A stretch of DNA of 64,000 bases, taken from contig OZ176051.1 of the NCBI GenBank assembly GCA_964247055.1, positions 4,712,001 through 4,776,000 of the forward strand, written 5' to 3'. Positions 40,801 to 53,743 of this stretch are shown here, piece after piece. The position numbers were made by a program, and so were the translations under genes. Source of the DNA: Paragordius varius. Taxonomy: Eukaryota > Animalia > Nematomorpha. A model generated the notes under the pieces. The model had not been told where the DNA came from. It saw only the letters and a program-made list of their open reading frames with translations, and did not search any database. Positions within the stretch are counted from its first letter, which is position 1. Every line of letters starts with the position of its first letter.

Positions 40801-43800
40801 TTATTATTCAAACACATAGATACAAAGCATGTAAGTGATAATTTAAATATAATAACATCCTTTAAACTTTACACATATAGCAATAATATGCCAAGTGTAT
40901 TCATAAATTTTACAGTTTTTTGGTAAAATACATATTTTTAAAGGAATTCAATTATTAATTCATATTGTACATCGGTTTTTTCACATTTCTCTTCTCTCTC
41001 ATATAATATATGAATGCCAGGTGAGAAAAATCGAATGACCTTTGCGGCAGACCCTTCCTCAAGCCATTTTCTAACATCTTTGAAATTATTTAAGTGCTGC
41101 TTCGAAGGATGTATCAGTAAGATGATGCCAAGTCTGAAGAAAGCGGGTGGGAATATCAAAGCGATTTTAAGGCGTTTTTCATTCGTTTTGCTGTGTGAGT
41201 CGAAGCCTATTCATGCAACAAAATCGTTTTGCCATGTTTTTTGGCAGATTTCCGTTGTTTTTCGATTAATGCATGGTTTTAATCAGGTATTTGTTAGCGA
41301 TATTGTGTATCAACAGTTTCGCAGGACTTCAAAATATAATAAACAATACCGCTCTAATCAGACAGAGCATGTTCTTTTTGCCCGATTTGACCTTATTGTG
41401 GATAAAAAACTTGGCAAGATCACACGATTTTTCCGCTTTGGATTTACAAAATAATTCCATTTCTCATTCCCAAAATGATGAATGATTTCGTGGTATTGAA
41501 GTAGGATTTTTCATTTTGCTATTTAAGATTCGACGTTCATTCGAATTGTGTGCGACGCTTTTACTAAATGTTGGTCCTTATTGTTCGTAGCCTATTGATT
41601 GTTTTTTATACATTCATTGTTGTTAAGTTTGATGGGTATATTTCAATAACTCTTGCACTTTAGCGTCTTGTGTGGTCTACCAAAGCGCCCACACTCTTTT
41701 ACATGAAATCAAATTAATATGTTAATACCCTGTTTCACACTTGTTAATCGATATTACCCTGTTTCTGCCTTCAAACAATAATTATTATCACTTTTTCTTC
41801 TGATGGCAGCGTGTGTAGCAATTGTTCCTTTATTGACACAAAATTCTCTATGATTACTGAATAATCAAAATTTTGCTAGCTTTTGGTGATCTCAACTTGT
41901 GTGTGTTTATCGTTAAATGTCAGATGCACAAAATGGGGTATCAACTTAATCGTCTGCCTACTTTTCTCTCACATCTTTCCTTAGTTAAACCCTTGTTAAT
42001 ACGCCTGATATTACTGTGACAATCATTAATTAAGTCATATATAACACAACCAATACCTTGCTTTCTTACAAATCCCTTTTCAAGTTGTTAAACTATTTAC
42101 CTCATTCAATTATTTTTGTTAATCATTAAACAATATTGAATTTTTTATAAACTTTTTATTTATATTTACCGGGTGTTTTATTGACCTGAAAAGATAAACC
42201 TCTTATTAGGATTTATAATATGCATATAATAATTAATAAAAAATATTTTTCATCTTAATTAAATTTTGATATTTACATTTCAGGTAAATATAATAACAGA
42301 AGATTTTACGAGTGCACCCAAGGTGACTAAACTATTTAATTCATTGAACAAAGCAATATTTAACATTACATGGCCCGATATTACAAGTTTCGATGAAAAT
42401 GATCAGCATAACCTTAACTCGTTAAAAGATAGGTTAGCCATTTTAACCAACAAATTTCAATCCAACATATTTCGTGTTTTTCAAAAAACTAAGCAATTCA
42501 ATAATGATGAGTTTAGCGATATAATTCTTGGGATGTTGGATGTCCTAGTCGGGTACAAAGAATTATCTTTGCGTTTAAATGTCAATAGTTGTAATACAAC
42601 TACAACCATAAACACAGGTAATAATGCTGATGCAAACGGAGACATATATGCAGAGGAAATTTATTTGCGTGACCATGGTCATTCATCAACATCTTTATCT
42701 CAAAGACCCAGATCGCCGGATAGAATGAACCACCATAGTAGTAGAAGAGGGCATGATACTATACGTGACAGTGGAATTCATCATCACAATGATACGTCAT
42801 TTGCCGGTGAGAGACGATCGTCACTAACTCCTACTACCAAAATTAGGAAAAGGGGCACCAGAAGGAGCAAACGTTTAAACCCTGAGAGAGAAAAGCGTTT
42901 AAAGCTTAATCATAACGAAAACGAATCATTTCATGCAGCACAAGCAGCGCACGATTATTCAGTATCGCATGGCTTACGGCATGGAGCGACAGAAAAACGG
43001 TCTAGACCACATAGATCCCGATCTAAATCCAGATCCCTTAGTAAACGTCAACATGGAAGTATTCGAAGTGGTGCGGAAAGTGAAAGGTCCGAACGAAGGA
43101 AACATCATTCAGCAGCAGCCCATCGAAGCAGTAAACCTCGTGAAAGTGATTCCAGTTCACGGCGAACATCAACGCATGATAAGCAACAACACTCTACACG
43201 CCGTCATCATCATTCACAGTTATCATCGAGTGAAAGAAAAACGTTAGAAGATGGTTTAGACAAGCTTCGTGGCATAGTATCATCACAAAGAGCCCTGTTT
43301 CGATTACATGAATCAAACCCTAACACGGACCACCATTCAATGTTATCCGACACTGTGTTAACATTGCAAACGGCATTGAATAAACTTGTGGCCGATTTAG
43401 ATTTTATGTCAGCCCTACGGAAGGATAAACATTCGCAACACAATAATGATATCTTGGATCACGCTTTGCAGAATCAAGTGAAATTACTTGAGTTCTCGCA
43501 AAACTCAAACAATCGGCCCCAGTTCATTACAAATGATTATATCAACACTAATCTGCCTGTCAATTTGAATCAAAACAATCTACGTAATATTGCTCCTGGA
43601 AATTATCAATCAAACATGAATTTCCAAAGTCAATCATATAATAATGAAAGAAATCGGTTACGTGACAATAACGCTATTAAATATGATCCATTTAATACAA
43701 TTCTATCGGACCGTGGGATTAAATATATGGATCAAAGAGATGTATTGTATGAACAAGAAATAAAAAATAATTCGAGTAATTTTATACCAATGATGCATGC

Positions 43801-45894
43801 GCCAGATATTAACAATGTCATGATGAACCCCCCTTCAAATAATTTTGCTGGTATAATTACCCATAATTTACTATTAACTTACATATTTTATGATATATAT
43901 TCCTTGGCTACCTACTCGAATTTAGTCCATTGTGGCAACTAGTTAAAGATGGCACATGGGTATTTTGGGATGTGTGTAATCCTACTCTATGCTTTGGCCA
44001 ATTACATATTATATTTATAAAATTTTCATTTATTTTTGTCAAATTTGAGTTTTTTCATATTAAGGTAAATATTTTTTTGCTTAATTGTACGCTTAGGTGT
44101 TTGGAATGAATATGATCTACAAGATAGGAATAGAGGTTATAAAGCACCACATAGCAACTTTTTGTCAAACTCTTCGGGGCATGACACAAATAATAATTCT
44201 ATCATGAAACAAATGAGGAACGTTGCTGACAATGTTGCCAATTATAATCAGGTTTTGAGTCCACATAAGAAAGGGTCATTGTTGGTTAATCAACCCAAAT
44301 CAATAAATGGAAATATGGAGAAGAGAACTTTGATTGAACGTAACGTATCTACTTCAAATATCACATCATCTTTACCATATAAACTTGAACGCCTGCCCAA
44401 TCCAGCCCTTAAAAAAACGAATAAAGATAATGGAAAACAAGGTAGTGGTGTTAATAACAATACCAGGAGTGGTTTCACAAAAGAACTTCAACAACAAGCA
44501 AGCGCTTTACCAAAAGCATCAAGGGACTCATATCAAGCTATTGATTACAATAAAAACGCGGCTGGATATGATAATTTGCGCAGACCCATTTTGTGTGAGG
44601 GAGGATTTATAGATCAGGTTAAGATCTGAATTTAAGTTAAAATAATTTATTAAAAAAGTTTACATATCGTTCGTTTAAATTTTAAAACAAAATTTGTACT
44701 TGATTGACTTTGTCAATCCAAATTTCATTTTTAGCGTTTTACTGCTGTCTTTTCAAATATAATTATGACTTGTACATGTGAAAGAAGTGTTTTAAAAAGT
44801 ATAGGCGATGATCAGAAGTTAACCAAAGGATCAAAAAATAATTTTAATATAATTGATGGCAGTGTATAATTTAAATATTTGATATTTAGGTATAAAAATA
44901 GTAACAATTATAATTTCCGGAAATTTTTAAAACTTTTAAATGGATTAAAAGATATAAACGATATATAGTATTTAAAATTGGAATTAATTAATTTCAAGCA
45001 TTATTCCATATTTAATATCCAAGAAAAAAATTTGATTACAAATGAACTTTTAATTTAACATTTTTCGTACACCCTTTTTTTGGACTGTTAACAAATTTAA
45101 TTTTTATCATATAATTTTAAATGTTTTTTTTTTGTTAATTTTTAAAACTATATGGGAAATATCACTTTTTTCGTTTTTATGAACCCTAGATACCCTAAAA
45201 CTCCCTTTCGTTGTTTAACACAATCTTCTTTTAAACTTTTGAAACGCTATAACATTGACCAAATAGCATTCGATAGATTAAAGGAATGTCATTTTTTACA
45301 AATAATTGTATAATCTTTTAGAAAATTTCCACCAATTACAAGGTTGTTATCGATAATAACAACAATACCAATATGCAGAATCGAAAATTACAGACTGCTA
45401 ACAATTATGGACATCAAGAGCAACACCAGCAATATCATGCATCGCGAAACGTTCCCCAAAACGAAAATCGCAATAAAAATATTATGGCGCCACCGTATCA
45501 CCCAACAACTAACCCTAAAAAAGATGATGATTCCTTTTCTTACCAAATGTTTCAGGATCAACAATTGGCTCAACTTAGCGCACAGTTAGGGGATAATGCC
45601 ATTTTTGGTTCAACAGGTCATGTCAGTGGTGCTTTTGATTATACGACACCCGTCTTTAACGCTAACAATGTAAGTGGGATGAATGGACTAATAAGTGGAA
45701 CTCCACCATCCCAACAACACCAGTCACATAAAGCAATGTCCAATTTTATGAACACCGATAATTATATGTTAGGTCCTGCCAGGCCAAATGATGCTGTGAA
45801 TTCTTATGGTGGTGCTGGTGGTAGTGGCCATTTATTACAATCACAACCGCAACAACATGTTTATAATCCGAATACAAACTTTATTTATAAATGA
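37875..45894 (+). CDS. Large nuclear-type protein with three N-terminal C2H2 (matrin/U1-like) zinc fingers and an RS/His-rich region, about 1406 aa
   Basis: join(37875-37919, 37946-38092, 38117-38237, 38261-38409, 38490-39480, 40582-40688, 42284-43850, 44097-44617, 45322-45894) = 4221 nt in frame. Fingers: CSFC-x12-HICTEDH, CESC-x13-HIVSHRH, CLLC...HLHSKEH. RS tract RSRPHRSRSKSRSLS. The GLNFV...YCCLLC...HxxSxxH pattern resembles Drosophila CG7065-like proteins (from memory, not searched). Confidence 0.75.
37920..37945 (+). other. Predicted 26-nt GT-AG intron
   Basis: GTATTTTAGAATGGTTATATATTAAG. Removal fixes a stop and frame change and gives exact C-x2-C-x12-H-x5-H spacing. Confidence 0.8.
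38093..38116 (+). other. Predicted 24-nt GT-AG intron
   Basis: GTAAAAAATATTAATATATTTTAG contains an in-frame stop. It is the only strong phase-0 acceptor after the second finger. Confidence 0.7.
38238..38260 (+). other. Predicted 23-nt GT-AG intron (alternative donor at 38208 would give 53 nt)
   Basis: GTATTTTTAATAATAATGTTTAG has an in-frame TAG. The 23-nt version yields YLGLNFVV ahead of the third finger. Confidence 0.6.
40891..41900 (-). mobile_element. Degenerate mariner (Tc1/mariner) transposon remnant in an intron of the zinc-finger gene
   Basis: Minus-strand fragments: NEKWNYFVNPKRK (cf. DEKWIYFENPKRK), HGKTILLHE*ASTHTAK (cf. HGKVILLHDNAPSHTAK), DLASSY (cf. DLAPSDY), KWLEE...FFSPGIHILYEREEKC (cf. 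GIHKLPERWEKC). TIR-like CCAAGTGTATT at 40891; right boundary approximate. Confidence 0.8.
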
Positions 45895-48800
45895 CCTACA
45901 CTCATTCATTGGCTTGCTTACTTTATATTTTGTAGCGCATATTTATTAGATTAAGGATATGTATATGTTGATTTTTCTTAACATCATTTGAATTTCATTA
46001 ACGCTGGGTTTTATAATCATCGTTTGTATGTATTTAGTAGATAAATATAATATCGAAATAAATGATTTGAAATTACTTTATCATCTTTACTTTGCTGCAT
46101 TAGAAGACGCTTTTTGAAGAAAAACATATCAGCTTTTATTTTTTATATGTGGTTTGAAAGTCCTACATTTAACGATCAAGTTTAAATAAAATAAATAATC
46201 CCGAGATTTTGCGATAAGAGTTTTATGGTAGAATTTTTATAAGAAAGTCCAATTTGTATATTAATAAAATTTAAATAAAAACTAACTTTTTAATCAAAAT
46301 TCTGGGGAAATGTTCAGCATCATTAAATAGAAATATCGTTTTTATACCGTTTCAATCATGCCTCGAAATAGTATGAACGCTTCAGCAATACTAAAAATCA
46401 AATTTTTGAATAAAGTATCCATTTTTTCAATAATATGTTTTTTGATGCTACCATATTTTGGCATATATTAAAGAAAATTATCACGAAATCTCGGCATTTT
46501 TGCATTTATTTTGAGAGAAATAGCTCATTTTAGAGGGGCTAGAAGTTTGGGACTTTCATAGTCCAAAAACTAAAGTTTTTTTTCAAAATAAAATCTCAAG
46601 ATTTTTTTGAATATCACCCTTGATGAGGGCCAGATTAAACTAGATATAATGGTCTTTTTACGATAGTTAAATACCATACCTGGACTATTCCGAAGCTATT
46701 ATATTTTTGCCTAGGTGGAATTTTTATTTTTCGGAAATCGCATGAGATCATTTAAATACAATTATGTAACCAAAATTAGAGATGTGCTAATCATATCAGA
46801 GAGAATGCTAGATCAACCGCTGACTTAAAGTATATTCTCTGCAAAATATAGTCAACAAGCAAAATTTAAACTCCCAATCGTTTAACTAGAATGGTTCCTT
46901 ATAAATCAAAAATATCCTTACTTTCATAAACTATTATTGAAAAATCTCTATCGATACCATATGCTATGTTATAAAAATGCAAAAAATTAATAAATTTTCG
47001 AAAATTGCATACCATTTGTTAAGATATGCGGTGCTGAATTATTGGAGCCATTTAATAAAATCGCAGTAAAAGAACTTTTTTATTCTTGGTGTGTCATAAG
47101 CTTTACCATAATATCCACACTAAAAAGTAAAATTAACAATTAAAGGGTCTCTTTAATATTAGCGAGACTCGTATATTAAACCAATGTGTTATGATTAATA
47201 TTATAACACATTTTTTAGTTATAAAGCTTATATAATCTCAGTCAAATATATTTAATTTGATAAAAAAATTAAATAAAATTTTCGCTTAAAAGCTTTATCT
47301 TTCCAAAACATATCGTAATAAATTTTGTTATTATTTCAATTAGATATATTTAATGATTGCTTGATTTAGCATGGAAATTCTAAATACAATGATACATCTT
47401 TTTACCCAAATTTCTTAAATTTGGTTTATATTTGTGCAAATATCATTGATGATCAATAAACTTTATTATCCATTTGTGCAAATATACATATACCAATTAA
47501 TTTATTTGTTTTTACAGCCATAAAATTTTATAACAAAATATTTTACAAAACATGCAAAAAAGATAAATATAGCATATAAATTATCAAATATAAAGTGCAA
47601 TTATCAATCAATACATTATTTATATAAATTTAACTTTTTGGATATACAAAATATGAGTGTGCTTGTGTGCTTTTTAAAAATTTCATGCAATGCGATAAAT
47701 ATATAATCAAGATTTCATCCATTTATACGGTTAATTTGCAGAAAAAAATAGGAATCAAAAATCGCATATCATACGCACTTAATAACACAGTGTGGTATCA
47801 TATTATAAAAGTTAATTTAAGATAATTTCGTTTTGTTCGAGATTTAATCATATGTAAAATTAGGTTAAAAATTGGTGTAATTGATGTTTCTAATACCTTC
47901 AACATATATATTCACAAGAAGTATTAGTAAGCCATTTATATAAACTTTTGGTGATGGATATATCAAAAATATAGAATTTCCAATCTTATATATATCACAT
48001 GAAAAACAACATTTGACTAGGTTAGAGAAGCAAACACGCACATATATACACAGCAAATAATATCAATTAATCCCTAATTATGAAATGGAATAAGGCCACT
48101 GTGTATAATAGGGTATGGTGTTTTAATGCATTTTGTCGACTTTATTCGTCTTTTTTATACCTTCGCACAAAAAAATATAATTTTAGGGTCATAAAACAGC
48201 AACAGATGATATTGATTGCATAAAATTGGATGATTGATTCATAATTTTGTGAGAACTTTCCTTATGATATAATTGCCAAATATCAAGCAGACGATTTGGA
48301 TCGTGAAATCCGTGGCAAGCTATACGGTTGGCCAAATCCGTTTCCATATTTGGGGGTGGAAACATCATGAAATCGGGATTATGAGTTGGAGTTATCTAAA
48401 AACAACATCAAAGCAATCAAAATTTAATGTGATATGAAAGATTGTAAGTCTTTACAATTAATTAAAATAAAAATATGGCAAAAAGCAGACGGCTAAATCT
48501 CAATATTGGAGTATAATTTTGGTGGAGTTTCAAATGATATTTTACAATTTTACGTGTTTAAAAAATATTTTTTTGAATTATGCGCCTAATAGGTCATAGA
48601 AGGCAAATTTATATATTTGGCTTAATATCAGAGAATTTTTTTATTATTAAAATAAAAATCGCTCTGGGATAAAAAACTACCCCAAAAAGTAATAAAATTC
48701 AATTTATTTATCCTCAGCTTTAAAAGAATATTATTCCGTTAGTATAAAAAAGTAACCCAAATAGATAAAATGGACATAAAAGACTGACATTAATAAAATC

Positions 48801-49978
48801 ATTTTCATGAGCCTACATTTTCGATTTTAAGTTAAATATCAGTCGTTTTAAAAAAATTATTAATTATTTTTACCTAAAATTGATTTGTTTAAATATAATA
48901 CTAATCATTCCTTAGCTATGTCTTAAACCAGAACATAAATACGGCTGGAAATTTTTAAACGATAAGTAAAAATCAATAAGGCTTACTATGCTTCCGTAGT
49001 AGGCATCACGAAAAAAATTAATTGCAAAATATTATAACTTTTTATTAGATGACTAAGCATAACAATACAATTATAATTGTCTCTTCACACATTTAAATCA
49101 TATATTTTTTATTGGTTAAAGAAAGCGTCTCTCTGTGAATAAAATGACTGCATTTGCCTTATTTTAATCTTAAATTTTGTTAAAAATCCCTGGATTTATT
49201 AATTGTATAAATTTATAAATTTTTTATTGTTAAAAGGGGAAGGGAATTTTAGTTTGGCAAACAATTTCCTAATTTTCATAATTTATATTATGCCTTTAGT
49301 CAAAGATTATATTGATGATAATTTAAAGTGTTTTATCAACTTGAGGGAAAAAAATATTAAATTGTAAATCGTGACGGTAAAGTTCCGTGGATAAAAATCT
49401 CATCTTAAATTTAGGATTATGATAAAAAAAATTATTAATATTATTACATAAGAATTAATTTATTCATTCATTACTACTAGTTAAACAAAATTGAAAATAT
49501 AGGAAAAACGTAAAAATTGAGTAATCCATAATTTGGGGAAAAGAAAAATAAATAAAATTTATATTTTGTTGGCTTAAGTCACAATTTATTCTTAATTAAT
49601 TTATAGTTCTTTTCCAATAAAATACATGGCTAGTTAGGCTGATTTTAAGTTTTTATAGTCGTTTCTTTAAGAGTTGAAAAAAACTCGGCAAACAATAATT
49701 AATAAAAATTTATTAAAAACAACACCGTTTTTAAGCAAGATCAACAAAAAACATGTATTTTATAATAAAAATATAATTTATACAAGTTTGGTTTTAGCAT
49801 TCGGCCAAAGGTAATATTATAACCAAAATTTATATACAAATTAAAATGTGAACTATATTGCTAGTTTTCTATTAAATTTTGCCAGATAGTACATATATGC
49901 AGCAAAGAGCTTTTTTATTGATGAATAGCAAAAAATATATCGAAAAAAAAACTTTAAATTAATAATATTTCTTCTTGC

Positions 49979-52900
49979 CTATATAGGCAAAAAGAAAGAA
50001 ATGTCCTATATAATAAAAATTAACCTTCAATTTTAAAGCCATAATCCCAAAGTAGACATCATCGAATGGTAATAGCTTCGTAATGGGCGCCATTTCATAA
50101 AAATATCGAGCTACATCCTTTGAGAGCTAAAATTTAATACATAAATAATATATATTGCTATAACATTAAAAACTTTTTATTTCAACATTTGAAAACTATA
50201 AATTACAAATGTAACTGTTTTTTATATTGTAACATGTAATAATTGGTTATATATATGTGACATATTAGATATGAGAGGATTAATAGTGAAGAGAGACCTT
50301 TAAAACAAACATATATAAACTCATTAATATGCAGATGATATAAAAACTTTGTAATATAAGAGATAATAAAACATTTCTTACTACTTGATAACAAATTAAA
50401 TTTTTGTTCAATACGACTATTAGTAAACACAATACACATATTATTTCGATAAAACATTTTTCAAAAAATTCAAAAAATCAGATATAGTTTAGATTCAAAA
50501 AATCAAACCATAATAACTCCACCAGTAACGTAGGGTGGATAAGCATCGTAGGGGTATTCATCAACCCCAATAAACCATTTACTGAACCGGATACGATGTG
50601 GTGTATTTTTTGCAAATACATACCCTGTGTAAATGTTAGAAAAGACATTTTTATTATCATCCAAATATTTTTTCGTAAAAATTCGATCGGTATGATTTTT
50701 TGTAATGGCACGAGAAGATATATTGCTTGAGATAAGACCGGTTTTAGTTTGATTGATTTGATTAGGGGTTTTTGCATTAATTTTTGCACCATTTGTTACG
50801 TTGTTTAATATGCGTTCGCTTTCCTGCGTCATTTGTTCATAAGTTATGGGTTGGTTAAAAAGATCCCTTAAATATTGCATATCGGTACCGAATGCATAAT
50901 TGTTAGAATTGTTTAGTGTGGAAGACAAAGGAATTTTATAATCATAGGAATTTTGCATCACACCCATAAAATTATTGTTATTTTGCGGTACTTTAGGTTC
51001 GATCGATGGCAATATAAAATTCCGTTTGAGTTTGAGTTTTGGTGCATTACGTTTTTGAATAATATAGTTTGAAGAAGTGGTGGTGGTGGTGGTGTAATTA
51101 GATTGCTGTCCTGTTGTCACATTAAAAATTAGGTAACGGAGCAAATTATATGGATTAAAGTAATAATCATCATCGATAAGAATAACTAGGTCTGCAACTT
51201 CCTTAGGTTCGGAACTGGAGTGTAAAATTCTTTTTTTAGGTTTCATATTATTTTCGTTATTGGGACTGTAGGCACGATTTTGACTGACCATATCATACTT
51301 TCCATAGTTTTGTCTAAATAGAAAAGTAAAAATTGATTAAATTATTTAATTTTTAACTCTTACATTTTTGACAATTTTGAAGCGCATTCAAATTCACCCT
51401 TAAATAAATTATGTGTTTTTTAAGATTACATTTTACCTATATATTAAAAAAATGTAATTTTGTTAATATAAATAATACTAAAAAAAATAATAAACTAAGC
51501 CATAAAGATGTATTTCATTTTAATAATATTAGCCAAAAAACACATAATAATTTATAGGGTGAATTTGAATTGTTAAAGAGTGGATTTGAATTGTTAAATG
51601 GTGGATTTGAATTGTAAACGGTATATTAAAGTTTTTTTTATTTCGCATTGATTATTTAAAAAATTTTATTTTAAATTCTTTTTTTTATAAATTTACTTAA
51701 AGTGTATTTTGTGCTGCAGAGTATACAGTAGACCTAATTATTAGATTTTATCAAATCAATCGTAAAATTTATTAAAAGGTTGAAATATATTTTATAAAAA
51801 AATAGATTCCGAAAAATTGAATTGTTATATGTTACTTATGTTTTAATTATGATAAACATGCAACAAGCTATGGAAATGGTTTTTAAACAAATTGAAATTA
51901 GCCTAACTATACCAAACCCCCACCTAATTGTTATCAAAGTAATATAAAATATTTGCAGCAATTATTACTTTAAGAATTATTTACCAATTTTTGTCTTGTC
52001 ATTTACAAATTTACAAAACTACATTAAAAAATTATTCAGAAAAATATGAGATATCAAACAAGGATATCAAACGAGTATTTTTGCGTTTGACACGGAACAA
52101 AAAAAAATTAAGTCAAAAGGAATAAAGAAGTCAATAATGCATATATATGCATATATGCAACATATTTAATTTTTTTTAAATTTAAAACATACATATTTTG
52201 TAAAATTATATAACTAACTTCCTTTTAACTTGTAAAATTTCACAAAAAAGGTGAGAAAAGAAAGCAGAGTATATTTCATGCATACATAATTAATTATATG
52301 TGTATCATAAAATGAATAAAATTCCATTTTTTACCTTAAAGGGAAAATATCACATTACACAACATAATAATTGGAACTAATGTATATAAAACAATTTAAC
52401 CTGTTTTCAAACTTGTAAAGTTATCATAAAATCAATTATAAAAAAAATCAAACTTTTTCAATCTATTATCATGGCACATTGGTTCATAAAGTTTTGATTC
52501 GGGTGAAAAATACCACCTGAGACCTAATAAAACTTTCAGCGTATTGTTGTAATAATGGTCAATAAAATTCCCAACGACCATGTCATTGTGACGATCATCT
52601 AGTTCACTTTGATACTTGATATTAGCCGACATTTTATTACTACCATTTTTAAAAACGTTTCTTCTTAAATCATAATCATGGTTATGAAAGGAAGTAACGT
52701 TAGTTTTGTTTTGCAAGTTTAAAGGATCTAAGGTGGATGGAGGGAAAGGCATTAAATTTTGTGTTTTAGTCTCATATTTATCGATTGGTGTATTAGAATT
52801 TACAATTTGATGTTCATCTTTATTTAGTCCGACAAGGAAAACGGTTCTCACAAACATGGAATATTCTGGAAGCCTTTTAATGTTGTCGGAAACAAATGAT

Positions 52901-53538
52901 GTTGGATGATTTATTTGCCATGGGTAATGATACAGGTGTGCTTGTTTACCCCAAGTCCGTCTAATAGCATTGCGTCTTTCAATGTTATTACGTGCACTTT
53001 TAACCAAAATGGTTACTTCAAAAAGAGTTTTTGTCGGCAAAATTTGAGAGGCTTTTCTTTCTTGAGTATTAGATTTAGGGAGATAATAAAATTCTGGAAA
53101 AGGGAATGATGGCATTTTATGCGAATGACTAAAGTTAAATCGCTTCAATCTTCCAAATTTATGTGCGTATTGATTTAAGGCATATGGTGTCCCGTTTTTA
53201 AATTTAAAAACTAAATTATATTCTTTGGATTTAGCAATCGGTTCATTATGCCAATTTAAACACCCATATTTATTTAACAATGGAAGACTTTGGTAATAAA
53301 TATCAATGTCGGGTTCCCACCAATTAAATTTAGAAAAACTAATTTGAATATAGTAGTCCAAAAACCCAAAGTAGTAGTTGAACAATAGCAAGGTACCCAG
53401 AGAATACAACAAAAGCTTAAACTTATTGATGGAATGTATGGTGAGTAGAGTGAATGTAATACATGATACCATTGGAATCACTTGGGATAATCAAGAAAAC
53501 TTACATCCATACTTAACTCTCATTCGAAAAATGCACAT
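49979..53538 (-). CDS. GT31 beta-1,3-glycosyltransferase, brainiac-like; 3' end unresolved
   Basis: Exons about 53505-53538 (tentative), 52454-53480, 50509-51313, then 50126 to about 50025 or beyond. Motifs: ILVKSARNNIERRNAIRRTWG, VRTVFLVG, FIDHYYNNTLK, LIDDDYY (DxD), YPYDAYPPYVTGG, FDDVYFG. N-terminal transmembrane anchor. Confidence 0.85.
51385..51628. mobile_element. MITE family A copy
   Basis: TTCAAATTCACCCT on the left and three (G)GTG(A/G)ATTTGAATTGT repeats on the right; internal sequence shared with 58531-58812. Confidence 0.75.
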
Positions 53539-53743
53539 GTAATTGAAGCCGGTATAATTAGGCACGCCATATGATAGATAATAAAATAAAGTAAATCAAA
53601 AGTTATATCTTTTAACATAAACGCTACAAAAACAATATTATTTGTATTTTCTAACAAATATATTTTTTATTTGGATAAACCTGCTTTTTAATATATCAGC
53701 AAGACTCTTCACATTTTTGGTACCAATTTTAAATTTTTAACAC
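53539..53743. promoter_or_regulatory. Putative compact bidirectional promoter between the GT31 and SDR genes
   Basis: Head-to-head start codons about 205 bp apart (53538 minus, 53744 plus). Inferred from geometry only. Confidence 0.45.

Noticed and set aside
41014-41485. Plus-strand ORFs of 146 and 70 aa as genes
   Set aside because: They are antisense shadows of the mariner remnant and lie in an intron.
48251-48370. Coding-looking stretch ENFPYDIIAKYQADDLDREIRGKLYGWPNPFPYLG
   Set aside because: Bounded by stops, with no usable start or acceptor and no recognisable family; perhaps a decayed fragment.
50006-50024. Possible 19-nt intron near the GT31 3' end
   Set aside because: Splicing it gives no recognisable GT31 C-terminus; the 3' end is left unresolved.
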